Made by a program: the position numbers and the translations under genes. Shown here piece after piece: positions 26,281-37,592 of a stretch of 64,000 bases of DNA. Within the stretch, counting starts at the first letter, position 1. Each line of letters starts with the position of its first letter. Source of the DNA: Candidatus Latescibacterota bacterium (lineage in GTDB: Bacteria > Latescibacterota > UBA2968 > UBA8231); the NCBI GenBank assembly GCA_965208105.1, contig OZ242318.1:192001-256000 (forward strand). The letters are read 5' to 3'. The notes below the pieces were generated by a model. The model saw only the letters and a list, made by a program, of their open reading frames with translations. It had not been told where the DNA came from and searched no databases.

Positions 26281-29200
26281 TCACCAGGCGGCGCCCGGCT
26301 CCTGCCGGCGCGCCTGCCACCACAATCCCCCAACGACGAGGACGGTCACGGCCAGCAGGACGACGCCATGGGCCTGGTAGGTCGCCGCCGGCTGATCCAG
26401 CAGTGCCAGGGCGCGGGTCAGGGCGGAGGACAAGAAGCCGGTGAGGATGTAGGCGGCGATATTGTCGCGCAGAAGGCCGGCCACCACGGCGAGGAAGAAG
26501 GCGGCCTTCAGCAGGAAGAGTCCGAGCCCGAGGTAGAATTCTCCGGCGTTGAGGGCGCCGGACCCCGAGAACAGGGACCCCAGCCCCACTACCGCGAGGA
26601 CGACGTAGAGCGGCCTGCGCAAAACCCGGCGCAGGTAGTAGATGCCGGCGCCGAGGACGACAGGCAGCGCCACGGCCTGCCCCAGGGAAGTGCCGAGGCC
26701 GCTCCAGAACGGCAGCCATGCGTCCAGACCGGCAGCCGCCGCGAGGGCAGGGGCGGTGACATAGGGAGCGAAATGGTCCTGCAGCAGCAGGGTGAGGCGC
26801 TCCAGGGCGCGCTGCCCCGCGAAGATCAGCGCGGCGGCCAGCAAGGCGTCCCGCAGGCAGGCGCTGCCCCACTGCCACCGGAGTTTTTCCCTCCAGTCGG
26901 GATAGAGGCTGGTGGCCATGGCCAGGGCGGCCACCACCAGCAGGCCGATGGCGATTGTCTGCACCGCCGCCAGGGAGATCTTCTCGACCAGGAAGACGGC
27001 GGTTGAGTACTCGGTGGGGTAGCCCCGATAGAAGGTGGGCAGGCCGTTCAGCCACCCGATCAAGGTGACGGCGCAGGCGATGCCGCCGATCCTGAGCAGG
27101 GGGGCCCAGGCCAGGCCGGGTCCGCGCACCCGGCGGACCAGCAGCCACAGGAGGTGAAGGACGAGTCCCGTGACCACCGCGATTCCGGTCCCCTCGAGAA
27201 CTGCGCGCAGGGTGGTGCTCTCCCTCCTGGCGCGGACCCAGCTTTCCGGAAGCTTGGCGTAGCGCTTCAGCTTCGCCGGCTGGTCCCCGGCCACGGTAAC
27301 CTCGCAGCGGTATTTGAGCTCACCCACGTTGCGCGGGTCTCCTTCCCGAGCCTCCCAGATGAAGCGGTGGTCGCGGCGCGCCTCGAGCTTCTCGGCGGAT
27401 GCCTCCTTCAGATCGAATTCTTCCGCGCTCAGGCCGTGGTCCTCCAGGTGGGCGGCGGCGACGGCGCGCGCCTCCTCCTCTCCCAGGTCGGCTCCGGGCG
27501 CCTCCTCCTCCAGGTGGTGGCGGACCGCGTACACGGAGCCGTCGCCCGGGTCCACGTCCACCTGGAATTCCTCCTTGTGCAGCGGCCGGAAGAAGCGCAC
27601 CCGCCAGACCCCAGGCAGCAGGTGGTCCGGATAGAGCCGGTTTACGCCCGGCACCCCCTCGTGCTCCAGGACGTACTTGATCGCCCGGGAGTCGTGCTGC
27701 CGGACGTGATAGGCGACCACCTTGTATTCACCCGTTTCGATTCCCCTGCCGCCGAGATGGGCGGCTGCGATCTCCCGGGCGCGGTGGCGGTCGATGGCCA
27801 CGGCGGCGGAGTCCAGCGGCCGTTCCACCGGGGCCAGATAGACGCCCAGGGAGGCGAGCACGAGGACCGCGGCGATGACCACGTGGCGGCGGGACAGGGG
27901 GGAGTAGATTCCCCGGCCACCTCCGGCCGGCTCCGCCCCGACCGGGGGCTCGGCATCGGAGGGGGCCTGCTGCTCTGCCGGGGCCGGCGATTGCACGGCA
28001 TCGAGCTCGCGGTTGAGCAGGGGAGCCGGGTCGGCGAAGGAGCGGTGGCGCAGGTAGAGCAGCAGGGCGAGGAGAAGGGGAAGGAGCATGATGCCCACCG
28101 AGATGGCGGCGGAGACGACGAAGTAGGGATTGCTGGAGCGCAGCAGGATGAGGGCGGTGTATAGCGCGTCCACCGTGTAGTGCCAGACCAGGGCGGGCAG
28201 GATGCCCCAGCGAATCATCACCAGGCCGACGACGACGCCGGCGATGCCCACCTCCAGGCCCCGGATGAAGAATGGCTGCTGCGGGTAACCGGCGTGGGCG
28301 AATCCCCAGATCGCGGCGGCGATGACGATGGCGGCCCAGCGCGACCTGAGGTACTTGTGCAGGAAGGGGATCGAGAAGGCCCTCGAGATGAACTCCTCGG
28401 AGACGGCGGGCATGAAGCCGATGAGCAGCACCACGGTCCAGGGGAAGTAGGTGTTGACCATCTCGCTGTAGGGGATGTCGGCGGGACTCCAGGCGCCGAA
28501 CTTCTCGGCGACGAGATAGAAGACGGTCTGGTAGGCGAGGAAGAAGGCGGTCATGGCGAGGCCGATGACGGTCCCCAGCAAGAAGCGCTTGGTGCGCAGG
28601 CCGCGCAGCACGAACTGCCGGCCGATGCCTATCTGGTTGCCGTATGCGCGCCGGTAGACCGGTTCGGCCGCCGCGGTCAGAAAGAAGATGAAAATCCCGG
28701 CGGAAAGGGCGCTCGCCAGGCTGCCCACGAGCTGCCCGGTCAGAAAGCTGCCGAAGGTCTCTGTGGTGTCGTAGCCGTAGGCTGTAAGCGGTAGAACGTT
28801 GAGATTGGCCAGAAGGGTGAGGACGGCGGCCACGGCGCCGAAGATTGTGGCGGTCCTCCAGCGTACGTCGCGCTTGCGGATGGCGCCGAACAGCACGACC
28901 AGCATGGCGATCATGGTGAGCGCCAGGAGGATCTGGGCGACGATGCCGGTGGCCTCGTTGTGGGAGCGCAGCTGGCGGTACTCCCGTTCCCAGGCCTCGG
29001 GTATCTTGAGGTACTCCTTGAAGCTGCCTACCTGGTCTCCGAGGATTCCCAGGCGCAGCCGGTAGGTTGCGCCGTTCACCTCGAAGTCCGCCAGCTTGTA
29101 GGTGAAGGAGTGGTCGGTGCGGTTCCTGCGCTCGATGCTCTCGGCTTCGACGAACTCAAGCTTGTCGAGGCTGCGCCCGAGGGTGCGGGAAAGATACCCC

Positions 29201-29661
29201 TCCGCCAGCTTTCGGGCCTCGCCCTGGCTCAGCCGCGCTCCCTCGCCGTCCTCCTCGACCAGGTGGTCGAAGCCGACGAGTTCGCCGGTGGTGGTGATGC
29301 GCACGCGGAACTCCTCCTTCTGCAGCTCCCGCACCCAGCGGTTGCTCCAGGTCCACAGGCGCACGGGATCCCCGATCAGGCCGCTGGCGCCTTCGAGCCC
29401 AAGCTCGCGCTCCAGAAAGGTCTTGGCCGCCGAGTCGTAGCTGAAGATCGCGCTGTGGCGAAAGCCCTCCATGTCCAGGCCGCGTTCCTGGAGAAAGCCG
29501 AGTGCCTGGTCGCGCGCCTGCTCCCGGGTGATCTTGAAGTCTATGGATGCTTCGGGGAAGGCGCGGTAGAAATAGTGGCTGCCCACCGCCAGGGACAGGG
29601 CGGCGACGAGGCCGCAGGCGAGGACCAGGAGAAGATCCTTTTTCTGAAAATACCGTTCCAT
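26281..29661 (-). CDS. Large CPBP (CAAX/Abi) intramembrane glutamic protease with duplicated flanking modules
   Basis: SEEFISR, WGFAH and WHYTVD motifs in the centre; homologous N- and C-terminal modules. Confidence 0.85.
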   Translation of the reverse strand: MERYFQKKDLLLVLACGLVAALSLAVGSHYFYRAFPEASIDFKITREQARDQALGFLQERGLDMEGFRHSAIFSYDSAAKTFLERELGLEGASGLIGDPVRLWTWSNRWVRELQKEEFRVRITTTGELVGFDHLVEEDGEGARLSQGEARKLAEGYLSRTLGRSLDKLEFVEAESIERRNRTDHSFTYKLADFEVNGATYRLRLGILGDQVGSFKEYLKIPEAWEREYRQLRSHNEATGIVAQILLALTMIAMLVVLFGAIRKRDVRWRTATIFGAVAAVLTLLANLNVLPLTAYGYDTTETFGSFLTGQLVGSLASALSAGIFIFFLTAAAEPVYRRAYGNQIGIGRQFVLRGLRTKRFLLGTVIGLAMTAFFLAYQTVFYLVAEKFGAWSPADIPYSEMVNTYFPWTVVLLIGFMPAVSEEFISRAFSIPFLHKYLRSRWAAIVIAAAIWGFAHAGYPQQPFFIRGLEVGIAGVVVGLVMIRWGILPALVWHYTVDALYTALILLRSSNPYFVVSAAISVGIMLLPLLLALLLYLRHRSFADPAPLLNRELDAVQSPAPAEQQAPSDAEPPVGAEPAGGGRGIYSPLSRRHVVIAAVLVLASLGVYLAPVERPLDSAAVAIDRHRAREIAAAHLGGRGIETGEYKVVAYHVRQHDSRAIKYVLEHEGVPGVNRLYPDHLLPGVWRVRFFRPLHKEEFQVDVDPGDGSVYAVRHHLEEEAPGADLGEEEARAVAAAHLEDHGLSAEEFDLKEASAEKLEARRDHRFIWEAREGDPRNVGELKYRCEVTVAGDQPAKLKRYAKLPESWVRARRESTTLRAVLEGTGIAVVTGLVLHLLWLLVRRVRGPGLAWAPLLRIGGIACAVTLIGWLNGLPTFYRGYPTEYSTAVFLVEKISLAAVQTIAIGLLVVAALAMATSLYPDWREKLRWQWGSACLRDALLAAALIFAGQRALERLTLLLQDHFAPYVTAPALAAAAGLDAWLPFWSGLGTSLGQAVALPVVLGAGIYYLRRVLRRPLYVVLAVVGLGSLFSGSGALNAGEFYLGLGLFLLKAAFFLAVVAGLLRDNIAAYILTGFLSSALTRALALLDQPAATYQAHGVVLLAVTVLVVGGLWWQARRQEPGAAW

Positions 29662-29734
29662 TTCAATCTCCGCGGCGAATTCGGGCGGCCGGTGTGCCCG
29701 CGCCGCCTGTCCGGGCGGCAGCCGCCCGGTCCCT

Positions 29735-30631
29735 TCAGGAGCTGCAGGTCGAGAACAACATGCTCAGGTCCAGGGCCGGGGCCGAGTGGGTGAGGGCGCC
29801 GATGGAAATCAGGTCCACCCCGGTCTGGGCGACCTGGCGCACGTTGTCCAGGGTGACGTTGCCGGTGGCCTCGATCTCCATACCCGGATGGGCTCGGCGG
29901 ATGAGGAGGACCGCGCGGCGCATCAGCTCGATCGACATATTGTCGAGCAGGATGCGGTCCGGGCGCAGCGGCAGCAGGCTCTCGACCTCCCGGAGGTCGC
30001 GGGCTTCTACGAAGAGTTCCACCCCTTCCTTCCGGTTTTCGCGCGCCGCCGCGCGCGCCAGGCGCAGGGCGGCGTCCACGCCGCCGGCGGAGACCGCGTG
30101 GTTCTCCTTGATCAGGACCGCGTCGAACAGCCCCATCCGGTGGCTGACTCCGCCGCCCAGGCGGACCGCGTGTTTCTCCAGCAGGCGCAGGCCGGGCAGG
30201 GTCTTGCGGGTGTCGGTTATCCGCGCCCGGGTGCCGGCCACCGCCTCCACGAAAGCCCGGGTCAGGGTGGCCACCCCGCAGAGGTGCTGGAGCAGGTTGA
30301 GGGCGCTGCGCTCGCCGGTTAGAAGAGGCCTTGCCGGGCCTTCCAGGCGGGCGATCACGGCATGGGCGCATACCTGGCCTCCCTCCTCTTCCACGGCTTC
30401 GAAGGAGATGTCGGCGTCCAGTCGGTTAAATACGGCGGCGGCGGCCCCGAGGCCGGCGACGACCCCGGGGGCCTTGGCCAGGATGGTGGCGACGGCGCGG
30501 TGTCGAGGGGAGACGGTCCATGACGTGGTGAGGTCGGCGGATGCCTCGACCGCCCCGGGTCCGAGGTCTTCGGCCAGGGCCATCTCCGCGACAGCGGCGA
30601 GCTCGGCGGAGGTGGGAGAGTTCGAGGTCAT
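29735..30631 (-). CDS. nadC: Nicotinate-nucleotide pyrophosphorylase (carboxylating)
   Basis: ERSALNLL, DTRKTLPGLR, HRMGLFDAVLIKENH, LLDN, SIGALTHSA. Confidence 0.95.
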   Translation of the reverse strand: MTSNSPTSAELAAVAEMALAEDLGPGAVEASADLTTSWTVSPRHRAVATILAKAPGVVAGLGAAAAVFNRLDADISFEAVEEEGGQVCAHAVIARLEGPARPLLTGERSALNLLQHLCGVATLTRAFVEAVAGTRARITDTRKTLPGLRLLEKHAVRLGGGVSHRMGLFDAVLIKENHAVSAGGVDAALRLARAAARENRKEGVELFVEARDLREVESLLPLRPDRILLDNMSIELMRRAVLLIRRAHPGMEIEATGNVTLDNVRQVAQTGVDLISIGALTHSAPALDLSMLFSTCSS

Positions 30632-30690
30632 GGCTCGAGTTGGTTTCCCGTTGTCGGAATTGGGAAGAGGTGGAGGATGGGTCGGGGTGA

Positions 30691-30719
30691 ATGGTAAGAG
30701 AGCCGCCACCCCCTGTCAA
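30691..30719 (-). promoter_or_regulatory. sigma70 promoter for nadC
   Basis: TTGACA-17 bp-TACCAT on the minus strand. Confidence 0.65.
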
Positions 30720-30780
30720 ACGGATGGAGGGCGGTGGAGCCGGATGACAAATGGAATACTGAGAATTATATTCTGAAACG

Positions 30781-32046
30781 ATGTGGACGACCGTATGGAC
30801 GCGGAGAGAAACTCGAGGAATCGGACGCCATACCGCGGACTCCCGCGGACCTGGGTCCTGCCTTACGGCGGGGCTGCAGGCGTCGGGTCGAGAGGCACCC
30901 GGACCCGGTCTCGGGTGCCCGCACCGGTTTCGCCAAGGCCTGTCGATTCCCGCATGGGTGTGTTTGACCCTCGCCGCGTCCGCGCTCTGGCTGCAGGCTT
31001 GCATGCCCTGGAGAGGGGCCCCGTCCCGGGAGCCCGAGCCGCAGCAGGCCGCGGCGGAGCTGGCAAGGCTGGTCGCCCCGGCACCCGAAAGCGGAGAGAT
31101 CGCCGTCCTTGGACTGCTCGACGAGGCGGGCAGGCAGACGGCCGCCACCAGGCTCGTGGACGAGTACCTGCGGGAAGCACTGGAGGAGGCTGGCGCCGCC
31201 CTGGTGACGGACGTGGAAGGGGACCCGTGGGATGAGGTGGAGGCGGTTCCGGCAGCTCGGTGGGAGGATCTGGGAGCTTCCCTGGTAATAGGGGGAAGGT
31301 TGCACTCGGGCACCACCTGGTCCTATCTGCGCCTCCTCGCCATCGACGGGGCGAGCGGCCGGGTAGTCGCCAGGGGAACCAGAAGGCTGGACCAGCGCCG
31401 GCTAACCGCCGAGGTGGACCGGCGCGGAAGGCGGCAGGGCAGCTCTCCCGCCAGGGGAGAGCTGCAGGTGGATCTCCACCTTCTCGGCCTGCGCAGCGAA
31501 GGCGGCTGGGCCCAGCCCGCGGCCATCGCCGAAGGTGGTTTGCTGCAGTTGGGTGACCGCGTGCAAATTCGCTTCAAAACGGCCGCGGACTGCGAGGTTT
31601 ACGCCTTTCTCTACAGTTCACAGGCCGAGGTGGAGGAGGTTTTCGCGCCCCGGTTCGTCTACGCCGGGAGGATGCACTACGGTCCGGGTGAGAACGTCTG
31701 GATAACGCTGAATCGTCCCGACCGAGCCTACACCCTCTACTTCATCGCCGCCGAGCGCCTCAACGAGGACAGGGAGAGGTTGTTCGAAGCCATGGCCGAG
31801 CTCGTCGAGCAGGGACAGGCGGGAGGCCGGGCGGGAATGGAGAGGCTGGACCGGGTTCTGGTGGAAATCCTGCAGCGCGAGGTCGAGGGTGATGAGGAGA
31901 TCGAGGTCCTGCGCGGTCTGGACGCTGTCGAGAGGGGAGAGACGGTGGATTTCATCCTCGCCGACGGAACCCCTCTTGAAAGCCGCCCTGAAAAGCTGAT
32001 GGCGGATCCGGTCCTGGTCCGCGCCTATACCTTCCTGGTGCCCTGA
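30781..32046 (+). CDS. Putative lipoprotein with FlgO/CsgG-like N-terminal region and DUF4384-like domain
   Basis: Lipobox-like LWLQAC; LQLGDRVQIRF...CEVYAF; true start may lie downstream (GTG at 30958). Confidence 0.55.
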   Translation: MWTTVWTRRETRGIGRHTADSRGPGSCLTAGLQASGREAPGPGLGCPHRFRQGLSIPAWVCLTLAASALWLQACMPWRGAPSREPEPQQAAAELARLVAPAPESGEIAVLGLLDEAGRQTAATRLVDEYLREALEEAGAALVTDVEGDPWDEVEAVPAARWEDLGASLVIGGRLHSGTTWSYLRLLAIDGASGRVVARGTRRLDQRRLTAEVDRRGRRQGSSPARGELQVDLHLLGLRSEGGWAQPAAIAEGGLLQLGDRVQIRFKTAADCEVYAFLYSSQAEVEEVFAPRFVYAGRMHYGPGENVWITLNRPDRAYTLYFIAAERLNEDRERLFEAMAELVEQGQAGGRAGMERLDRVLVEILQREVEGDEEIEVLRGLDAVERGETVDFILADGTPLESRPEKLMADPVLVRAYTFLVP

Positions 32047-32061
32047 CGGAAAGGGAATTCT

Positions 32062-33216
32062 GTGCCCCGGATCTACTTCGACCACAATGCGACCACGCCC
32101 CTGCGCCCCCAGGTGCTGGAGGCCATGATGCCCTACCTGACAGGGGCGGTGGGCAACGCTTCCAGCATTCACGGCTTCGGGCGCGAGGCGCGGGATGCGG
32201 TCGAAGCGGCGCGGGATATTCTCGCCCGGTCCCTGGGCTGCAGCTCCGGCGAGGTCTACTTCACCAGCGGCGGAACCGAGGCCGACAACTGGGCCATCGA
32301 GGGCATGGCTTGCTCTCGCCGGCGGCCCCGGCGCAGGATCGTCACCTCCGCCGTCGAGCATCACGCCGTTCTGCATACCTGCCGGCATCTGGAGCAGCGC
32401 GGGTTCGAGGTGATCTACGTCCCGGTGGACGAATACGGAGTGGTGGACCTGAACGCGGTGGAGTCCGCCCTCGACGACAACACCGCCCTGGTCTCGATCA
32501 TGCACGCCAACAACGAGACCGGCACCATCCAGCCGCTGGCCGAGATCGGCCGCCTCGCCCGCGCCAGGGGCGTCCCTCTGCACGTGGACGCGGTGCAGAG
32601 CTTCGGCAAGCTGGACTTCCGGGTGGACGATCTAAGCGCCGACCTGGTTTCCGTTTCGGCGCACAAGATCAACGGCCCCAAGGGCACCGGGGCGCTCTAC
32701 GTGCGCAGCGGCCTGGAGATCGAACCCTGGTGCCGGGGCGGCGGCCAGGAGAGGGGTCTGCGCACGGGAACCGAGAACGTGGCCGGCATCGTCGGCCTGG
32801 GCCGCGCGGTGGAGCTTCGGGCGGCTGAAGGCCGGGACCTGGAGGTGGAGGCCGGAGTGCTGCGGGACCGGCTGCAGCAGGGGCTGCTGCGGAGGGTGGA
32901 GGACCTCCATGTGAACGGACATCCGCAACGCCGGCTGGCCAACACCCTGAATCTTTCATTCCAGAGGGTGGAGGCGGAGGCGGTCCTTCTCGATCTGGAT
33001 CTCAAGGGCGTGGCCGCTTCCAGCGGCTCGGCCTGCGCCGAGGGCGAGCCCGAGCCTTCCCATGTGCTGCTGGCCATGGGGTTGGCGCCGAGGACGGCAT
33101 CCGGGTCGGTGCGCTTCAGCCTGGGTTGGGGGAACACGGTGGATGAGGTGGATTACGTCGTCGAGATCGTGCCTGGCATGGTTCAGCGCCTGCGCGAAAT
33201 GTCGGTTTTTTCCTGA
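32062..33216 (+). CDS. iscS: Cysteine desulfurase (IscS/NifS group I)
   Basis: YFDHNATTP, GNASSIH, FTSGGTEADN, ANNETG, SAHKINGPKG, SSGSAC, PSHVL. Confidence 0.93.
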   Translation: MPRIYFDHNATTPLRPQVLEAMMPYLTGAVGNASSIHGFGREARDAVEAARDILARSLGCSSGEVYFTSGGTEADNWAIEGMACSRRRPRRRIVTSAVEHHAVLHTCRHLEQRGFEVIYVPVDEYGVVDLNAVESALDDNTALVSIMHANNETGTIQPLAEIGRLARARGVPLHVDAVQSFGKLDFRVDDLSADLVSVSAHKINGPKGTGALYVRSGLEIEPWCRGGGQERGLRTGTENVAGIVGLGRAVELRAAEGRDLEVEAGVLRDRLQQGLLRRVEDLHVNGHPQRRLANTLNLSFQRVEAEAVLLDLDLKGVAASSGSACAEGEPEPSHVLLAMGLAPRTASGSVRFSLGWGNTVDEVDYVVEIVPGMVQRLREMSVFS

Positions 33217-33227
33217 GGAAAAGGTCC

Positions 33228-34223
33228 ATGCGCATCGAGCCCCCCTATCTTCTGTTTCTGGGCGACGCCCCCGACCGCCTGGCGGTCAAGACCGCCGACG
33301 GGCTCGCCCATTGGCGCCCCCGGTGGTGCCTGGGACAGTTGCGCCTGCCAGAGTGCAAGGTGGATTTGGGTTTGCCGGAAATGACCCTCGAGCAGGGGAG
33401 GGAGGCCGGGGCGAAAACCCTGATCGTCGGGGCGGCAAACCGCGGCGGGGTCATTTCCCCTCCGTGGATTCACACCTTGCTCGGGGCGCTGGATCTGGGT
33501 TTCGACATCGCCAGTGGTCTGCACCAGCGCTTGAGCGCAATTCCCGCTCTCGGCGACAAGGCGGCCGCCCGGGGATCGCAGCTGTTCGACGTGCGCCATC
33601 CATCAGGCGAGTTCCCCATCGCCAACGGCGGCCGGAGGACGGGCAAACGACTGTTGACCGTCGGTACGGACTGCTCCATCGGCAAGATGTTCACCGCCCT
33701 CGCCCTGGAGAGGGAGATGCAGGTCAGGGGCATGAAGGCGGATTTCAGGGCCACCGGACAGACGGGCATATTCATCGCCGGAGAAGGCGTATCCGTGGAT
33801 GCGGTGGTCGCCGATTTCGTCGCCGGAGCGGTCGAGAAGCTCACTCCCGCGGCCGAACCCGATCACTGGGACCTGATAGAGGGCCAGGGTTCCCTGTTCC
33901 ATCCTTCCTATGCCGGCGTTTCCCTTGGGCTCTTGCACGGAGCCCAGGCAGATCGTCTCGTCATGTGCCACGATCTCCAGCGCCGGCACATGCGCGGTCT
34001 GCCGGCCTACCCCCTGCCTCCCCTGCAGGAGTGCATCCGCCGCAACGAAGAGGCGGGCAGGCTGACCAACGAGGATTGCCGGGTGGCCGGGGTTGCGGTG
34101 ATCACCGCGCACCTGGGTACCGGGGAGGCCTCCGAGTTGCTCGAAAATATCGAAGCGGAGACGGGGCTTCCCGCGGTGGACCCCTGCCGCGGCGGTGTGG
34201 GGCGGCTGGTCGATGCCCTCTGA
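33228..34223 (+). CDS. dgcN: DUF1611 protein / D-glutamate N-acetyltransferase
   Basis: SGLH, LLTVGTDCSIGKM, ATGQTG, DAVVADF, IEGQGSLFHPSYAGV; adjacent to a dgcA-like gene. Confidence 0.85.
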   Translation: MRIEPPYLLFLGDAPDRLAVKTADGLAHWRPRWCLGQLRLPECKVDLGLPEMTLEQGREAGAKTLIVGAANRGGVISPPWIHTLLGALDLGFDIASGLHQRLSAIPALGDKAAARGSQLFDVRHPSGEFPIANGGRRTGKRLLTVGTDCSIGKMFTALALEREMQVRGMKADFRATGQTGIFIAGEGVSVDAVVADFVAGAVEKLTPAAEPDHWDLIEGQGSLFHPSYAGVSLGLLHGAQADRLVMCHDLQRRHMRGLPAYPLPPLQECIRRNEEAGRLTNEDCRVAGVAVITAHLGTGEASELLENIEAETGLPAVDPCRGGVGRLVDAL

Positions 34224-35205
34224 AGCCACACGGCTCAAGGTTGTCCGCGAAAGCTGGCCCCTGTCGCGCACCTTCACCATCTCCCGGGGCAGCAAGACCA
34301 GCGCCGAGGTCGTGGTGGTGGAGCTGTATCGCGCCGGGGTCCGCGGGCGCGGAGAATGCGTTCCCTATTCCCACTACGGCGAGACCCCCGAAACCACGGT
34401 GGCGGAACTGCTGGCGCTGGAACGCGAGGTGGAATCCGGGATCGAGCGCCGGGATTTGCAGGACATCCTGCCGGCCGGCGCCGCGCGCAACGGGCTCGAC
34501 TGCGCTCTCTGGGACCTGGAGGCCAAGACGGGCAATGGGGTGCTGCATCAATGCACCGAACTGGACGTTCTGGATCCCGTGACCACGGCCTACACCCTCA
34601 GCCTCGACACCCCGGAGCGCATGGCCCGGTCCGCCCGCGAAAACAGGCACCGCCCCCTGCTGAAGATGAAGCTGGGAAGCGAGGGCGACCTGGAGAGGGT
34701 GGCCGCGGTGCGTGAGAACGCTCCCGCTGCCCGTCTGATCGTGGACGCCAACGAAGGATGGTCGGAGGAAATGGTCGAACCGCTGTGCGCCGGGCTGGCG
34801 GGATTCGGGGTCGCTTTGATCGAGCAGCCCCTACCGGCGGGCAAGGACGGGATGCTTGCCAGGGTGGACCATCCCGTGCCCCTCTGCGCCGACGAATCCT
34901 GCCACACCGCCGAAGAGGTGGAATCGCTCGCCCCGGCATATGATTTCGTCAACATAAAACTGGACAAGGCAGGGGGCCTGACCGCCGCCTTCGACCTTGC
35001 CCGAAAAGCCCGGGACTGCGGCCTCGGAATCATGGTGGGATGCATGGTGGGCACCTCGCTGGCCATGGCGCCTGCGGTCCTGCTGGCCCAGAAGGCGGAG
35101 TTCGTCGACCTGGACGGTCCCCTCCTGCTGGCGGCGGACCGCGAAGGCGGACTGGTCTTCGAGGGCAGTCTGCTGCATCCGCCTCGACCCGAGCTGTGGG
35201 GCTAG
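34213..35205 (+). CDS. dgcA: N-acetyl-D-Glu racemase / dipeptide epimerase (enolase superfamily)
   Basis: FTISRGSK, GECVPY, KMKLG, VDANEGW, EQPL, ADES, NIKLDK, DLDGPLLL. Confidence 0.85.
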   Translation: MPSEATRLKVVRESWPLSRTFTISRGSKTSAEVVVVELYRAGVRGRGECVPYSHYGETPETTVAELLALEREVESGIERRDLQDILPAGAARNGLDCALWDLEAKTGNGVLHQCTELDVLDPVTTAYTLSLDTPERMARSARENRHRPLLKMKLGSEGDLERVAAVRENAPAARLIVDANEGWSEEMVEPLCAGLAGFGVALIEQPLPAGKDGMLARVDHPVPLCADESCHTAEEVESLAPAYDFVNIKLDKAGGLTAAFDLARKARDCGLGIMVGCMVGTSLAMAPAVLLAQKAEFVDLDGPLLLAADREGGLVFEGSLLHPPRPELWG

Positions 35206-35242
35206 CGCCGCTCGGGACAGCGGAAATTCCTTTGGAGGTCTC

Positions 35243-36415
<1,173 letters not shown>

Positions 36416-36602
36416 TGCTATTGGGCACGGCTGTGGTTCTTTCCGGATGCGGTACACCTCGATTCTTTGCCTTTCACCCGGTGATCTGTTGGTCCCGGTT
36501 CGACGGCAGAAGCTTCTCATCACTGTTCTCCGGTCGCGGCCATTACTTCATCGGCCTGCCTTTCTGAGCAGCGAGGAGAAGATTGACGACCTTGCAGCCA
36601 CC

Positions 36603-37592
36603 GTGAGCAACCTGAGCGGACATCGATTGACGGGGCTGGCCCTTGCCTCGGTCGCCCTGCTGTTGTGGGGCGGCCTCCCGGTGGTCCTCAAGCTCCTGTT
36701 GCAATGGCTGGACCCGTTTACGGTCACCTGGTACCGCCTTCTGGTTGCGGGAGCCATGCTTGTCCCGCTGGTCCACTTCCGCCATGGCCTCGCCTCCCCC
36801 TTCAGGATACGCGGCGCGGCCCTGGCTCTGGCGCTGGTGTGCGTCCTCGTCCTCGGCGGCAACTATCTGACCTATCAGATGGGGTTGAGCCGCATTTCCC
36901 CCGCTTCCGCCCAGATCGTGATGCAGCTGACCCCGGTTATCGTGCTGATGGGCGGGCTCATCCTCTTCAATGAATTCTTCAGCCGCCTGCAGTGGATCGG
37001 CCTGGCGGTGCTGATCCTGGGACTGGGGCTCTTCTTCAACCAGCGCTTCGCCGAGCTGGTCTCGGCGGCGGGAAACTATGGCCGGGGCGTCTGGCTCGTG
37101 GTTGCTTCGGCGGTTCTATGGGGTATCTTCATGCTGGCGCAGAAGCGACTTCTCCGGCATCTCCCGTCCACTTCCATTCTGGCATTGGTCTATTGGTCCG
37201 GCATGATCCTCTTTCTGCCCCTGGCCCGGCCAAAGGACATTCTGGAGCTTGCGCCGATTCCTTTGTCGCTGCTGGCGTTCTCGGCGGTGTTCACCCTGGT
37301 CTCCTACCTCAGCTTCGCTGAAGCCCTCAAAAGGCTGGAGGCATCGCGCATTGGCGCCCTTGTTTCTCTGACACCCCTCATCACCATGGCCGTGATGGGC
37401 CTGCTCGGCCTTTTCGACCCCGACCTTGTGCCCATGGAACCCCTCAACCAACCGGCGATGGCCGGCGCCCTGATTGTGGTAGCCGGATCCACCTGCTGCA
37501 ACCTGGGAAGAATCCCCCGCGGACTCTCCGGGGACGCAGGTAAGAAAAGGCGGTTCGCGGCAAAGGTCAGTCACCGCGTGGAACAGAAATGA
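36603..37592 (+). CDS. DMT/EamA family transporter
   Basis: About 10 TM segments; LLWG, TWYR, FAEAL motifs; start inferred. Confidence 0.85.
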   Translation: MSNLSGHRLTGLALASVALLLWGGLPVVLKLLLQWLDPFTVTWYRLLVAGAMLVPLVHFRHGLASPFRIRGAALALALVCVLVLGGNYLTYQMGLSRISPASAQIVMQLTPVIVLMGGLILFNEFFSRLQWIGLAVLILGLGLFFNQRFAELVSAAGNYGRGVWLVVASAVLWGIFMLAQKRLLRHLPSTSILALVYWSGMILFLPLARPKDILELAPIPLSLLAFSAVFTLVSYLSFAEALKRLEASRIGALVSLTPLITMAVMGLLGLFDPDLVPMEPLNQPAMAGALIVVAGSTCCNLGRIPRGLSGDAGKKRRFAAKVSHRVEQK

